Counted from the stretch's first letter, positions 12,266 through 24,573 are shown. The stretch: 64,000 bases of DNA from Eledone cirrhosa (GCA_964016885.1 OZ024756.1:12090001-12154000); one strand, 5' to 3'. A program made the numbers and translations. Notes: a model not told the origin generated them from the letters alone.

Positions 12266-14285
12266 ATACATCATCAGTAACGAAACCACCCCAGCATGTG
12301 ACCAAAATCGAATCTCCTGATGCCAAGCTTAAAGCAAGTGTTAAAAACGATTTAACAGATTATGAAACCGATGATGATATGTTGTTGAACGACGATGGTG
12401 TTGATTTAAATAAAAGCCTTGAAAACACCGAAGATGAAGAACTGTTGCTCAGTCCAAATATAACCCCTTTGCCAGACGATCCAGATTCCCACACTACAAA
12501 CAGCGATGCTACATTAGAGGAATCAAAATGTTCTACTCCTGTTGATCCCTGTTCTAAGGGAAGTGATAATCTCCCTAAAACTCTTGACGGGGAGTTATTG
12601 GTTTTAAAACAGGAGCGAGATTTACAATCAAACGAGGAACTTCCGCAAAATTGGGAATCCAATTCCGTGAAAGAAAAGCTAATAGAAAATGTGAAAACTG
12701 AATCTAACTTTTATAGCCCTGACTCAGCATATTATATGCCACAATCTTCTGACAACAATGTAAGTTCAAAGAGTTCTGGGGAGTCTGCATCAAACGATCC
12801 AACTGAAACAAACAAACCCCAGACTGATTCAATAGTTATCAAAAATGAACAAATGCCTCGTGAAAATAATGAGGTATCACAGAACTGGCCAAGAGACCAA
12901 CAGCCAATCAAATCTGGTTTATTAGAAGAAAATATAAAAAAAGAGTTAATGTATTACTTACCGGAACCATCAACAACACCGGCTTCAAACCCAAACTTGA
13001 ACGTTGAACAGGATAACGAAAATTGGGTATCAACAACTTTCAAAGATATCAAAACCAGTATAAAAGTTGAGAAAGAATCTGACCCAGGTTATGATTCTGC
13101 TGTTGCTGGTTCCACTGGAAGTGAGCCGAATTGTGTCTTTCCACATCCTGAGCAACCATCGTCAACCCATGTCTCCAACCATACAGCTACCATGGAACAT
13201 AATTCTCAAGCCTCCTCCTCCTCAACCTCAGTGACTTCCACTTCATCTACCACTTCATGTAATACTCCAGCTACATCAGCTGTTATGTCCTCTGTTTCCG
13301 GTCCTGACAACTCTTCGGCTGCATCTACGAGTCAAACAGAAGAAGACGGTCATGCAGAGAATGTCTTGCCCCACAGTAATTCCTCCAAGACAGCAATAAC
13401 GATAGTGGCGCCTGAACAAAAGGATGTTCACGAAGAAGAAGATGATAACTTGGAAGAGGGAGACACAGAAGATTTTGATGAAGATGAAGATGATATTTCT
13501 AACGAGGAATTTGGCGATGAAGATGATGTGGACTCCGTTAATTTTAGCGAAAAGGATGCTGAAGAGGGCCTTTCTAATGAATTAAAAGACCTTGATGATG
13601 ATGATGATGATGTCGATGATGTTGACATTGCTGCTGCCAATGATGATAACGAATTAGACAAAGATGACAACGATGATGAGGGCAATAAAGAAGAGAAGCC
13701 TACAGACGAGGTGAACAATGAATTGACGTGCGGAAATGAAAAAGAAGAGTCTAAGGAAGAAGAGAAAGACAGCAGTGAGAGTAAGAAAAGTAATGAGAAG
13801 ACTTCAAAACCTGACACAATCTCACCAGCGAGGCAGCGTATATCTGAGAAATTGCTCAGTATCAGGAAGAGGAAAGCAGCAATGGCTGCAGCAGCAAATG
13901 CCTCGTCCTCAAAGAAATCTAAGAATGAAGACCAAGACCAGACGGCAACAGACATGTGTTGCTCTTCCAGTCCTAGTAGCTTATCAAGTACTCACGGAAC
14001 ACATCACTTTGATGAGTCTAGCCAGTCTGATCTAGCAGATGGCATCAGTAGCAGTAAGACTATGAAACTGCCAAAAGTCGACAAAGACAAGGCACGATCT
14101 CTGTTGGAGAAATTAAGGGAGAAACGGAAGTATTTAAAAATTAAGAAGACAGTGACATCATCCCCTCCTCCTATGGAAATGAGGGAGGAGAATCAAAATG
14201 AAGAAGACATTCCAGAAGATGAATTGACAGCATCTTCACAAGCCTGTCAAAAAATCCTTGATGAAGAAGCAAGCCAAATACCAAA
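12266..14285 (+). CDS. NUGGC: NUGGC-like GTPase gene, first visible coding exon (2020 nt; acidic/Ser-rich, probably disordered)
   Basis: Acceptor ...gatttctttctttag|AT at 12265/12266. The frame is open throughout (ORF 12298-14448). Donor CCAAA|gtatgt at 14285 (phase 2) joins in frame to the exon at 17548. It begins in phase 1, so an upstream exon is implied. Confidence 0.75.
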
Positions 14286-14508
14286 GTATGTATCACCAAT
14301 TCCTCTCCCTCACATTTATTTTTGTCTGTTTGTGTTTGTCTTCTACTCTAAAGAAGTCAAAATTCTAGCAAAACACTTTCTCCCCCCCCCCCCCTTTTTT
14401 TTACTATATATATATATATATAGTAATAATAATAAATTTGAAGACTAAAATCCAAAGAGGGCTCGATAAGGATAAATATATATCAAATATATAAGAACCG
14501 TAGAGCAA

Positions 14509-14645
14509 ATATTTATTAAAATAACAGATTAAAGTTTAAGCAAAGAATTGCTGCTTTCACCCTTAACGGGATCTTCAGAAGATCTCGTTAAGGGTGAAAG
14601 CAGCGATTCTTTGCTTAAACTTTAATCTGTTATTTTAATAAATAT
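14509..14645. repeat. Near-perfect 137-bp palindrome (fold-back, probably PLE-derived)
   Basis: Arms mirror about 14577. The minus arm reads CTGAAGA-tcccgttaagggt-GAAA. Confidence 0.85.
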
Positions 14646-14819
14646 ATATATATCGATATTCAATTTGTTGGTAATTCAACAAATATGTTTATAACTGATT
14701 TAGAGCACTCAAAATATTTCCGGAGTATAATATACATTGATATTAAATAAATGGAAACTATATTTATAAAACCATATTTATTCTATTATATATATTTCAA
14801 GGGTATATATATATATATA

Positions 14820-15015
14820 TAACGAAGGAAATGTGGTAAGGAACCAGGTGGACCATAACGCACCAAAGTACTCAATACTTGAGGTAGTAGAGTGGGTAAT
14901 AGGAACCAGTAAGACCCCGACAGCTGAGCTCAAGCCGTTTCGATGGCTAATTCTCAAACTGAATTAGCCGTCGAAACGGCTTGAGCTCAGCTGTCGGGGT
15001 CTTACTGGTTCCTAT
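14820..15015. mobile_element. (TA)n-flanked fold-back element; related copies at 17760-17962 and 47320-47420
   Basis: Shared leader AAGGAAATGTGGTAAGGAACC... and long palindrome 14899-15015. Confidence 0.75.
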
Positions 15016-15235
15016 ATATATATATATATGTAGGAGGTGAGTTTTATTGTAGCAACAATAAAGCAATGCAAATATCGGATAAGTAGCACTCCACAGTTTA
15101 TAGGACTGGAGTATAAATAATATAAGATCAAAAGATGGTTAAAAGAGTTGCAAGTATTTTATTATGCGCATTTCATATGTTGATTTAACACTTCACTGCT
15201 CGCAAGTGTTTTTTAAGCTTCATATCATGTCTCCC

Positions 15236-15306
15236 TATTTTATCTGATGAGAACACAAATATTATCCCATGATGATATTTGTTTTTGAAATGCGCATAAT
15301 AAAATA
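15236..15306 (+). ncRNA. Minimal type-I hammerhead ribozyme, intact core, intronic and sense to the host gene
   Basis: Stem I tattttat/ataaaata, CTGATGA, stem II acaaatat../..atatttgt, GAAA, palindromic helix III ATGCGCAT, UA cleavage site at 15297-15298. Confidence 0.85.
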
Positions 15307-15789
15307 CTTGGAACTCTTTTAATCATCTTTTGATCTTATATATTATATTATATATATGAAAGAGAGAGAGGATGTGGGGGGGGGGGGGGGGGGGGCTTGA
15401 AAGTTACCAGTTCAGACTAGGAAGAACATTGTTCAGGTTCATACTCAATATTTAAGAAAGTAGAGTGTAGGTATTGTAATAAGCCACTGCCCGATGACTA
15501 AGCTCTGGCTGCTTTGATGGCAAGAGTTGTCATCAAGCGTTGTCATGAGTTGTCACCAGTGAAAGTACACACACACCCCACACACACACACATATATATA
15601 TATACACACACACACACACATTGATTTACAAGCTTTTGCCGAATCTTTACTACAGCAAATAGTTTAATAAAAGGGCTTATAAACCTCCTGAATGGAAACA
15701 GGATGTTAGCATAGCTGGGGGTTGAACCCACAGCTATGCTACCATTTAAATACATTGTCACAAGGCTAGTGCACCACTGTATCTCTAAT

Positions 15790-17535
15790 GAATATTTGTT
15801 TGGTCAATCAAACTGTGGCCATGCTGGGGCACTACCATATCTCTGTAATATTTGTTTGATCAATCAAACTGTGGCCATGCTGGGGCACCACCATATCTCT
15901 GTAATATTTGTTTGATCAATCAAACTGTGGCCATGCTGGGGCACCACCATATCTCTGTAATATTTGTTTGCTCAATCAAACTGTGGCCATGTTGGGGCAC
16001 CACCATATCTCTGTAATATTTGTTTGCTCAATCAAACTGTGGCCATGCTGGGGCACCACCATATCTCTGTAATATTTGTTTGCTCAATCAAACTGTGGCC
16101 ATGCTGGGGCACCACCATATCTCTGTAATATTTGTTTGGTCGATCAAACTGTGGCCATGCTGGGGCACCACCATATCTCTGTAATATTTGTTTGCTCAAT
16201 CAAACTGTGGCCATGCTGGGGCACCACCATATCTCTGTAATATTTGTTTGCTCAATCAAACTGTGGCCATGCTGGGGCACCACCATATCTCTGTAATGTT
16301 TGTTTAGGCAATCAAACTGTGGCCATGCTGGGGCACCACCTTATCTCTGTAATATTTGTTTGGTCGATCAAACTGTGGCCATGCTGGGGCACCACCATAT
16401 CTCTGTAATGTTTGTTTGATCAATCAAACTGTGGCCATGCTGGGGCACCACCATATCTCTGTAATATTTGTTTGGTCAATCAAACTGTGGCCATGCTAGG
16501 GCACCACCATATCTCTGTAATATTTGTTTGATCAATCAAACTGTGGCCATGCTAGGGCACCACCTTATCTCTGTAATATTTGTTTGGTCAATCAAACTAT
16601 GGCCATGCTGGGGCACCACCTTATTTTGTAATGTTTGTTTGATCAGTCAAACCGTGGCCATGCTGGGGCACCACCATATCTCTGTAATGTTTGTTTGATC
16701 AATCAAACTGTGGTCATGCTGGGGCACCACCATATCTCTGTAATATTTGTTTGATCAATCAAACTGTGGCCATGCTGGGGCACCACCATATCTCTGTAAT
16801 ATTTGTTTGATAAATCAAACTGTGGCCATGCTGGGGCACCACCTTATTTTGTAATGTTTGTTTGATCAATCAAACTGTGGCCATGCTGGGGCACCACCTT
16901 ATCTCTGTAATATTTGTTTGGTCAATCAAACTGTGGCCATGCTGGGGCACCACCATATCTCTGTAATATTTGTTTGCTCAATCAAACTGTGGCCATGCTG
17001 GGGCACCACCATATCTCTGTAATATTTGTTTGGGCAATCAAACTGGCCATGCTGGGGCACCACCATATCTCTGTAATATTTGTTTGCTCAATCAAACTGT
17101 GGCCATGCTGGGGCACCACCATATCTCTGTAATATTTGTTTGGGCAATCAAACTGTGGCCATGCTGGGGCACCACCATATCTCTGTAATATTTGTTTGCT
17201 CAATCAAACTGTGGCCATGCTGGGGCACTACCATATCTCTGTAATGTTTGTTTGATCAATCAAACTGTGGCCATGCTGGGGCACCACCATATCTCTGTAA
17301 TATTTGTTTGATCAATCAAACTGTGGCCATGCTGGTGCACCACATTATATTTCTGTAATATTCGTTTGATCAATCAAACTGTGGCCATGCTGGGGCACCA
17401 CCATATCTCTGTAATATTTGTTTGCTCAATCAAACTGTGGCCATACTGGGGCACCACCATATCTCTGTAATATTTGTTTGCTCAATCAAACTGTGGCCAT
17501 GCTGGGGCACTACCTTATCTCTGTAATATTTGTTT
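15790..17535. repeat. 56-bp minisatellite, about 31 copies
   Basis: Unit TATTTGTTTGNTCAATCAAACTGTGGCCATGCTGGGGCACCACCATATCTCTGTAA. Confidence 0.95.
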
Positions 17536-17547
17536 TGTCAATTTCAG

Positions 17548-17631
17548 GTGTTCAGAAATTGTCCAAAATATCCGGAAAGTTCTTGATAACCGGGAGGATT
17601 TGAAAAGTTTACATCGAGTACGAAAATGGCT
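17548..17631 (+). CDS. NUGGC: NUGGC-like exon (K)CSEIVQNIRKVLDNREDLKSLHRVRKW(L)
   Basis: atttcag|G ... CT|gtgagt. Phase 2/2, compatible with both neighbours. Confidence 0.8.
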
Positions 17632-17712
17632 GTGAGTATTATCTTTTTCATATTTTTCTTATTCTTTTCATTCAAAAGTATCTTACTTTCAATATCTTTA
17701 TATTATTTACTG

Positions 17713-17762
<50 letters not shown>

Positions 17763-18403
17763 CAAAGGAAATGTGGTAAGGAACCACGTGGACCATAACG
17801 CACCAAAGTACTCAATACTTGAGGTAGTAGAGTGGGTAATAGGATTGAGTAGGACCCCGACGGCTGAGCTCAAGCCGTTTCGACGGCTAATTCTGGACTC
17901 TGAGTCCAGAATTAGCCGTCGAAACAGCTTGAGCTCAGCCGTCGGGGTCCTACTCGTTCCTATATATATATGCAGAGGTTATATTTAATTTGTTGGGATT
18001 CAACAAGCTTAAAAATGTTATAACTGAATAAAGCACTCAACAGTGAGTGGAGTAAATATTCAATATATATATCAAAAGCATGTATCGTGTTAGAAACTCA
18101 AAATAGTCTCATTACAGTAAATTAACTCTAGGAAAAAGGTTTTTCCGAGCCGTATATAACTGAACAAAAAGGAAAAACGAACACAGACATATATATATAT
18201 ATATGTGTTCAAATCGTAATGGACCAAAATCACTAAGGTGAAAAAAAATACTAACTACAGACAATAGGGTTTGCTAGACTCAATTTAAGAATAAATTAGT
18301 ATTTTTAAAAGTTAGTATTTTTTTCACCTTAGCGATTTTGGTCCATTATGATTTGAACACATATATATATATATGTCTGTGTTAGTTTTCCCTTTTTGTT
18401 CAG

Positions 18404-18436
<33 letters not shown>

Positions 18437-18449
18437 TATATATATATAT

Positions 18450-19165
18450 ATTAGATTATTGAAAACATTTGTGCCTGACTTTCGTTGTTAATATAGAATG
18501 ACTGCAACTTGATGCTGTTGTGTGTTAGTGACGCCTAGTATATTCTAGATTGAAACCTTGCATCTTTCCCTTGTGAGCCAAGCTTTGTCAAATGATTGCC
18601 TTAAAGATGGAGGATGAAAAGTTGCACTTTCACCATATTGTGCTCAATGGATTTTGGAAATGCATTCAGAAAGTTTATTTGGATTGTGCTCTAGCTCTTT
18701 AGACTATCAAAATCTGGTTTGGCAGATTTCTTAGGGTGACTTTAACCTCAATAATCAACCATGCTACGGGTGACCGTCGATGAAGATGCTCTGCTTGCCA
18801 TTGTGGAGAATAAACCAAAGATTCTGATGGAATATATTGCTAAGAGTTTGAAAATTAATATCTGAACTACGATTTGAAGGGACTTAGGTTCATTTCCAAA
18901 CTCGACACGTGGGTGCCACATTCTCTGAAAAGAACAGAACAATCTTGATTGTGTTTCTGTGGCAATTTCTTTGTTGTTACACCAGGAAAAGGAACTGCAA
19001 AGAAGTATTGCTACCAACTGACCAACCTAAAAGTAGTATTGCTACCAACCTCAATGAAATTATCTAAGAAAAATGGCTGATTCTGACAAATTGAATTGGT
19101 GTCATTTTCCACCATGACAATGCAAGACCTTATGATGCAAAACAGACCTTGTAGAAGATTAAGTT
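18450..19165 (+). mobile_element. Degraded mariner transposon
   Basis: MEDEKLHFHHIVL-like N-terminus (18607), WVPH-like motif (about 18910) and GVIFHHDNARP (about 19098-19130). Preceded by TA repeats. Confidence 0.75.
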
Positions 19166-19425
19166 TGGGTGAGTGAGAGTTAGAGATTGGGTGAGTAGGA
19201 GTTGGAATTTGGGTGAGTGGGAGTTGGAGGTTGGGTGAGTAGGAGTTAGAATTTGGGTGAGTGGGAGTTGGAGGTTGGGTGAGAGGGAGTTGGAGGTTGG
19301 GTGAGTGGGAGTTGGACTTTGGGTGAGTGGGAGTTGGAGGTTGGGTGAGTGGGAGTTGGAAGTTGGGTGAGTGGGAGTTGGAATTTGGGTGAGTGGGAGT
19401 TGGAGATTGGGTGAGTGGTAGGTTG
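19165..19425. repeat. G-rich 21-bp minisatellite GGGTGAGTGGGAGTTGGAGGTT-like
   Basis: Tandem units visible. Confidence 0.9.
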
Positions 19426-19678
19426 AGAGAAAGGTAGATAATAAGCAAGGATGAAGAGAAATGCCAAACATCTGCAACTTTCTCCACTTCTACAGGGTTA
19501 TTCAACTATAGTGAAAACCTGCATTGTAACAGCTTACAATAAACTTCCATAATTGTGTTCAATGGTTCGTAAACCAACAGTTTCTTTGTTTATATCAAGT
19601 TGTAGCCAGATGTCGAATTTAGAGAAAATAACAACAAAAAGCTATGTTAATCATAGGAGATATTTAGTCAATAAGTGT

Positions 19679-20083
19679 TTAACCCTTTACAATTTACATT
19701 ACTCTATATATACTATTGTATTTTCACAGTAAAGGCTTTACCTCACATAACATTTACATTACTCTATATATACTATTGTATTTTCACATTAAAGGCTTTA
19801 CCTCACATAATATCTCACATAACATTTACATTACTCTATATATACTATTGTATTTTCACATTAAAGGATTTATCTCACATAATATCTCACATAACATTTA
19901 CATTACTCTATATATACTATTGTATTTTCACGGTAATAATTTCAAATCTATGAGATTTTGATATTATTTATTTTGAGAACAATACCTTAACATCAGTATG
20001 AGTGGCTGATTGCAGCCGGTTTCAGCAGAAAGAGGTGAGAGAATTCTGGCCAGATATGGCCGGTTTAAATGCTAAAGGGTTAA
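19679..20083 (+). mobile_element. piggyBac-like MITE (TTAA-CCCTTTA...TAAAGGG-TTAA)
   Basis: TTAA flanks and CCC/GGG termini. Copies at 29585-30857, 31217-31401, 38550-38766, 39398-40089, 48846-49062, 55986-56204, 58433-58646. Confidence 0.75.
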
Positions 20084-20339
20084 TCTATTATATTAGTTAC
20101 GCTTCATTGATATCTTTCTTTCTTTCTTTCCCACTCATTCTCTTCTGGTTTTTATTCTTCACCTTTGTTTATTCTCTAACTTTCTTTCGAACACTCCACT
20201 CACTATCTGCCTTGCTCTCACTCATTCTCTCATACTCACACTCACACTATATTTCTCTTCATCTCACATTTACTCATTCTCTAGTTTTAATCTCAACCTT
20301 TCTCTCTACTCTCACTCACATTATCACACACTCACATTA

Positions 20340-20900
20340 CTACACACTACTCTCTACCTCACTCACACTCATCCCCCCCCCACACTCACACACTACTCTC
20401 TACCTCACTCACACTCACCCCCCCACTCACTCACTACCTCACCCACACTCACACACTACTCTCTACCTCACTCACACTCATCCCCCCCCACACTCACACA
20501 GTACTCTCTACCTCACCCACACTCACACACTACTCTCTACCTCCCACTCACCCCCACACTACTCTCTACCTCACACTCACACACTACTCTCTACCTCACA
20601 CTCACACACTACTCTCTACCTCACTCACACTCATCCATCCCCCACACTCACACACTACTCTCTACCTCACTCACACTCACCCCCCACACCCACACACTAC
20701 TCTCTACCTCACTCACACTCATCCGCCCCCCACACTCACACACTACTCTCTACCTCACCCACACTCGCTCACACACTACTCTCTACCTCACTCACACTCA
20801 CCCCCCCACACTCACACACTACTCTCTACCTCACTCACACTCACACACTAATCTCTACCTCAACCACACTCACACACTACTCTCTACCTCACTCACACTC
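20340..20900. repeat. C-rich degenerate minisatellite (CACTACTCTCTACCTCACTCACACTC) abutting an exon acceptor
   Basis: Tandem units visible. Confidence 0.85.
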
Positions 20901-20910
20901 TATGTTCCAG

Positions 20911-21136
20911 GGAAGAGCTCAATGAACTGAACAAGAAGCTGAAACTACCTCGAACAGTCATTGCTGTTGTTGGTGACACAGGAGCTGGAAAATCTAGCTT
21001 ACTTAACGCTCTCCTAGATCACGGCAATATTCTACCGACATCGGGCATGAGAGCTTGCACCGCAGTAGTAGTTGAAGTGCAGCAAAACCTGCGCACCAAC
21101 TGCTACGAGGCCGACATTGATTTCCTCTCACTCGAG
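20911..21136 (+). CDS. NUGGC: NUGGC-like exon with P-loop (G1) and G2: EELNELNKKLKLPRTVIAVVGDTGAGKSSLLNALLDHGNILPTSGMRACTAVVVEV...FLSLE
   Basis: ttccag|G ... GAG|gtaagt. GxxxxGKS plus LPTSxxxACT is typical of the dynamin-like SLIP-GC family. Not in the ORF track. Confidence 0.93.
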
Positions 21137-21319
21137 GTAAGTAATTAGCCAACATAGAAATAAGGGTTTTTTTTTTTTATTTAAGCACAAGGCCAGCAAT
21201 TTTGCTTGGGAGGGGACGGTCGATCCCCAGTATGTGACTGGTACCTTATTTTACTGACCCCCCCCCCCCACACACACAAAGAAAAAGGTGAATGAGATCT
21301 GTTTTATTGGCCACAATGA

Positions 21320-22512
21320 TGTACATGTTGGGAACACTACATGTCTATACTGTAGAGTACTGGAATTGTAACATGTGGGAAACACTACATGTCGATATTG
21401 TAGAGTAGCGGAATGGTAACATGTGGGAGACGCATCATGTCTATATTGTAGAGTACTGGAGTGTTAACATGTGGGAAACACTACATGTCTATACTGTAGA
21501 TTAATGGTAACATGTGGGAAACACTACATGCCTATACTGTAGAGTAGTGGAATGGTAACATGTGGGAAACACTACATGTCGATATTGTAGAGTAGTGGAA
21601 TGGTAACATGTGGGAGACGCATCATGTCTATATTGTAGAGTACTGGAGTGTTAACATGTGGGAAACACTACATGTCTATACTGTAGATTAATGGTAACAT
21701 GTGGGAAACACTACATGCCTATACTGTAGAGTAGTGGAATGGTAACATGTGGGAAACACTACATGTCGATATTGTAGAGTAGTGGAATGGTAACATGTGG
21801 GAGACGCATCATGTCTATATTGTAAAGTACTGGAATGGTAACATGTGGGAGACGCATCATGTCTATATTGTATAGTACTGGAATGGTAACATGTGGGAAA
21901 CACTACATGTCAATATTGTAGAGTACTGGAATGGTAACATGTGGGAAACACTACATGTCGATATTGCAGAGTACTGGAATGGTAACATGTGGGAGACGCA
22001 TCATGTCTATATTGTAAAGTACTGGAATGGTAACATGTGGGAGACGCATCATGTCTATATTGTATAGTACTGGAATGGTAACATGTGGGAAACACTACAT
22101 GTCAATATTGTAGAGTACTGGAATGGTAACATGTGGGAAACACTACATGTCGATATTGCAGAGTACTGGAATGGTAACATGTGGGAAACACTACATGTCG
22201 ATATTGTAGAGTACTGGAATGGTAACATGTGAGAAACACTACATGTCGATATTGTAGAGTACTGGAGTGTTAACATGTGGGAAACACTACATGTCTATAC
22301 TGTAGATTAATGGTAACATGTGGGAAACACTACATGCCTATACTGTAGAGTAGTGGAATGGTAACATGTGGGAGGAACTACATATCTATACTGTAGAGTA
22401 GTGGAATGGTAACATGTGGGAAACACTTCATGTCTATACTGTAGAGTACTGGAATGATAACATGTGAGAGACACTACATGTCTATACTGTAGAGTAGTGG
22501 AATGGTAACATG
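21320..22512. repeat. 48-bp minisatellite
   Basis: Unit GGTAACATGTGGGAAACACTACATGTCGATATTGTAGAGTACTGGAAT. Confidence 0.93.
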
Positions 22513-23334
22513 TAAAGTTGACCTTCACAAGATTTGAACTCTGAATAATATTTGTTTGTGGTGTGTGTAATGATAGTTTCAGACACATGTAGCACACATG
22601 TGGGGGGGGGGGGGGTTCCAGGGAGAATATATTCGGTAAATTAGTTTTTAGAATCCTCTGATTTGCTTCTGCAAGCCTTTGTGATTATGATTAGTAAGTT
22701 ATTGATTAGTAAGTTATTGATTGATTCTGCATTGTTTTGTTCCACATTTCCAACTTTATAGTTTGTTTATTTAAATAAAAGACACACATGTACATAGACA
22801 CACACACACACACATACATGTACATATACACACACACATACACATGTACATAGACACACACACAAACATGTACACATACACACACACACATGTACATAGA
22901 CACACACATACATCTACATACACACACATACACATGTGCATAGACACACACACACACACATGTACATAGACACACGCACACACACACACAAACACATGTA
23001 CATAGACACACACATACATAAACACACACACATAGACACAAACACACATAAACATACATGTACATAGACACACACGTACATAAACACATTACACAATCTT
23101 ACACACACATATGACACATGCACCACACTCATACATGTGCATCACATACACACAAACATAAAAAGACAGTGTTGTGTAAACAATGATTGGTCTTTATGCT
23201 AGAATCTATATTTAAATATTTTGTCTCTTTATGTTGTTTATTGAAAGTTTGTGTTTTAGTCAAATCAGATCACCTGCTTTACACAACATTCACTGTTGAT
23301 AGCAGGTCATGATATGTATAAGTTAATATTTTAC

Positions 23335-23890
23335 CCTGGTTCACTGTAAAGTGCTGGTGCTGGTTCCACAATAAAATACACCCAGTACACCCTGTAAAGT
23401 GGTAGTGTTGGTGTCATGATAAAATACACCCAGTACACCCTGTAAAGTGGTAGTGTTGGTGTCATGATAAAATACACCCAGTACACTCTGTAAAGTAGTA
23501 GTGTTGGTGTCATGATAAAATACATCCAGTACAGTAGTAGTGTTGGTGTCATGATAAAATACACCCAGTACATCCTGTAAAGTAGTAGTGTTGGTGCCGT
23601 GATGAAAAGCACTCAGTACACTCTGTAAAGTAGTAGTATTGGTGACATGATAAAATGCACCCAGTACACTCTGTAAAGTTGTAGTGCTGATTCCACAATA
23701 AAACGCACTAAGTCATCCCCATTAGATGACCATGATAAAACACACCAGGTACTTGTCATGAAGTATTTGGCATTAAGAATAGCATCCAACCATAGCCACC
23801 ATGCCAGAATTAGACATATAGGTGAGATGCAGTCATCTCAGAACATGACAACCTATTAAGCTCATACAAGCATGGAAAATAAATGTTCAA
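23335..23890 (+). repeat. 45-bp tandem array inside a degenerate SINE-A/RTE-type 3' end
   Basis: Unit GTAAAGTGGTAGTGTTGGTGTCATGATAAAATACACCCAGTACACCCT, followed by a degenerate TTGGCATTAAGAATAGCATCCA...CAAGCATGGAAAA tail. Confidence 0.75.
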
Positions 23891-23943
23891 TGGTGAAGAG
23901 GATGGTCCGTGTTGTTTCTGTTTGGTTGGGTTGTAAAGGTTTA

Positions 23944-24536
23944 CTAGCAGTGGTACCCGGCGTTGTACAGGATAAGGTATTGTGAAATATATAACCGCCT
24001 TAGCTAAGCTTAGTATTGCCACAACCACGGCTGGCAAAGCAGTAAGGGTCTGGTGGTGTGTAAGTAAGCAACACTGTGGCTTAAAACGTGAGGAAGAAGT
24101 TGTGTGCACTTACCAACTGTTTGAGGAATGAGAGTGAGATTTGTCTTGAGCAAGGGTGGCAAAATAACCGGAGGCAGCAGACAGCCAGACATACAGACAG
24201 ATATTATAAGGGCGCGTTCTGGACGGAGAGGGAATTGTAGGAAGTGACGTAATGCAGACAGCCAGACATACAGACAGATATTATAAGGGCACAACGTTAT
24301 ATGTATGTATTTATCTAAAAAGAGGACTAAGAATTATAGAGAGAAATCGCTAAATCGCCTAATGCGGTCCCTAGGGCATTGAAAATTTGAAATTTTTTTT
24401 GCTCAGAACACTCCTTGAAACATAAGTATTACATGTGTATGTAAAGTTTGAAAACAGTCAGTTAGGTGCTTCTCAAGTTTTAGGGATTCAAACTCACACG
24501 CACACAGACAGAGATCCTCAGTTTTATATATATAGA
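23944..24536 (-). mobile_element. Non-autonomous Helitron-like element
   Basis: Minus strand begins TCTATATATATAAAACTGAGG and ends with a CCGGGTACCACTG-CTAG terminus. Same ends as 39434-39918. Confidence 0.7.
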
Positions 24537-24573
24537 CTAGCAGAAAACCACCTGTGGGGCAGATTTCTGTTAG

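Noticed and set aside
12360-13955. Antisense Ser-rich ORFs
   Set aside because: Shadow frames of the acidic exon.
12298-14448. 716-aa ORF as a standalone single-exon gene
   Set aside because: It starts at GTG just after a strong acceptor, and the last ~54 codons are intron read-through after the GTATGT donor. It is better explained as an internal exon.
15790-17535. CRISPR-like regularly spaced repeats (also 21320-22512, 28465-29040)
   Set aside because: No unique spacers and no cas genes; eukaryotic intronic tandem repeats.
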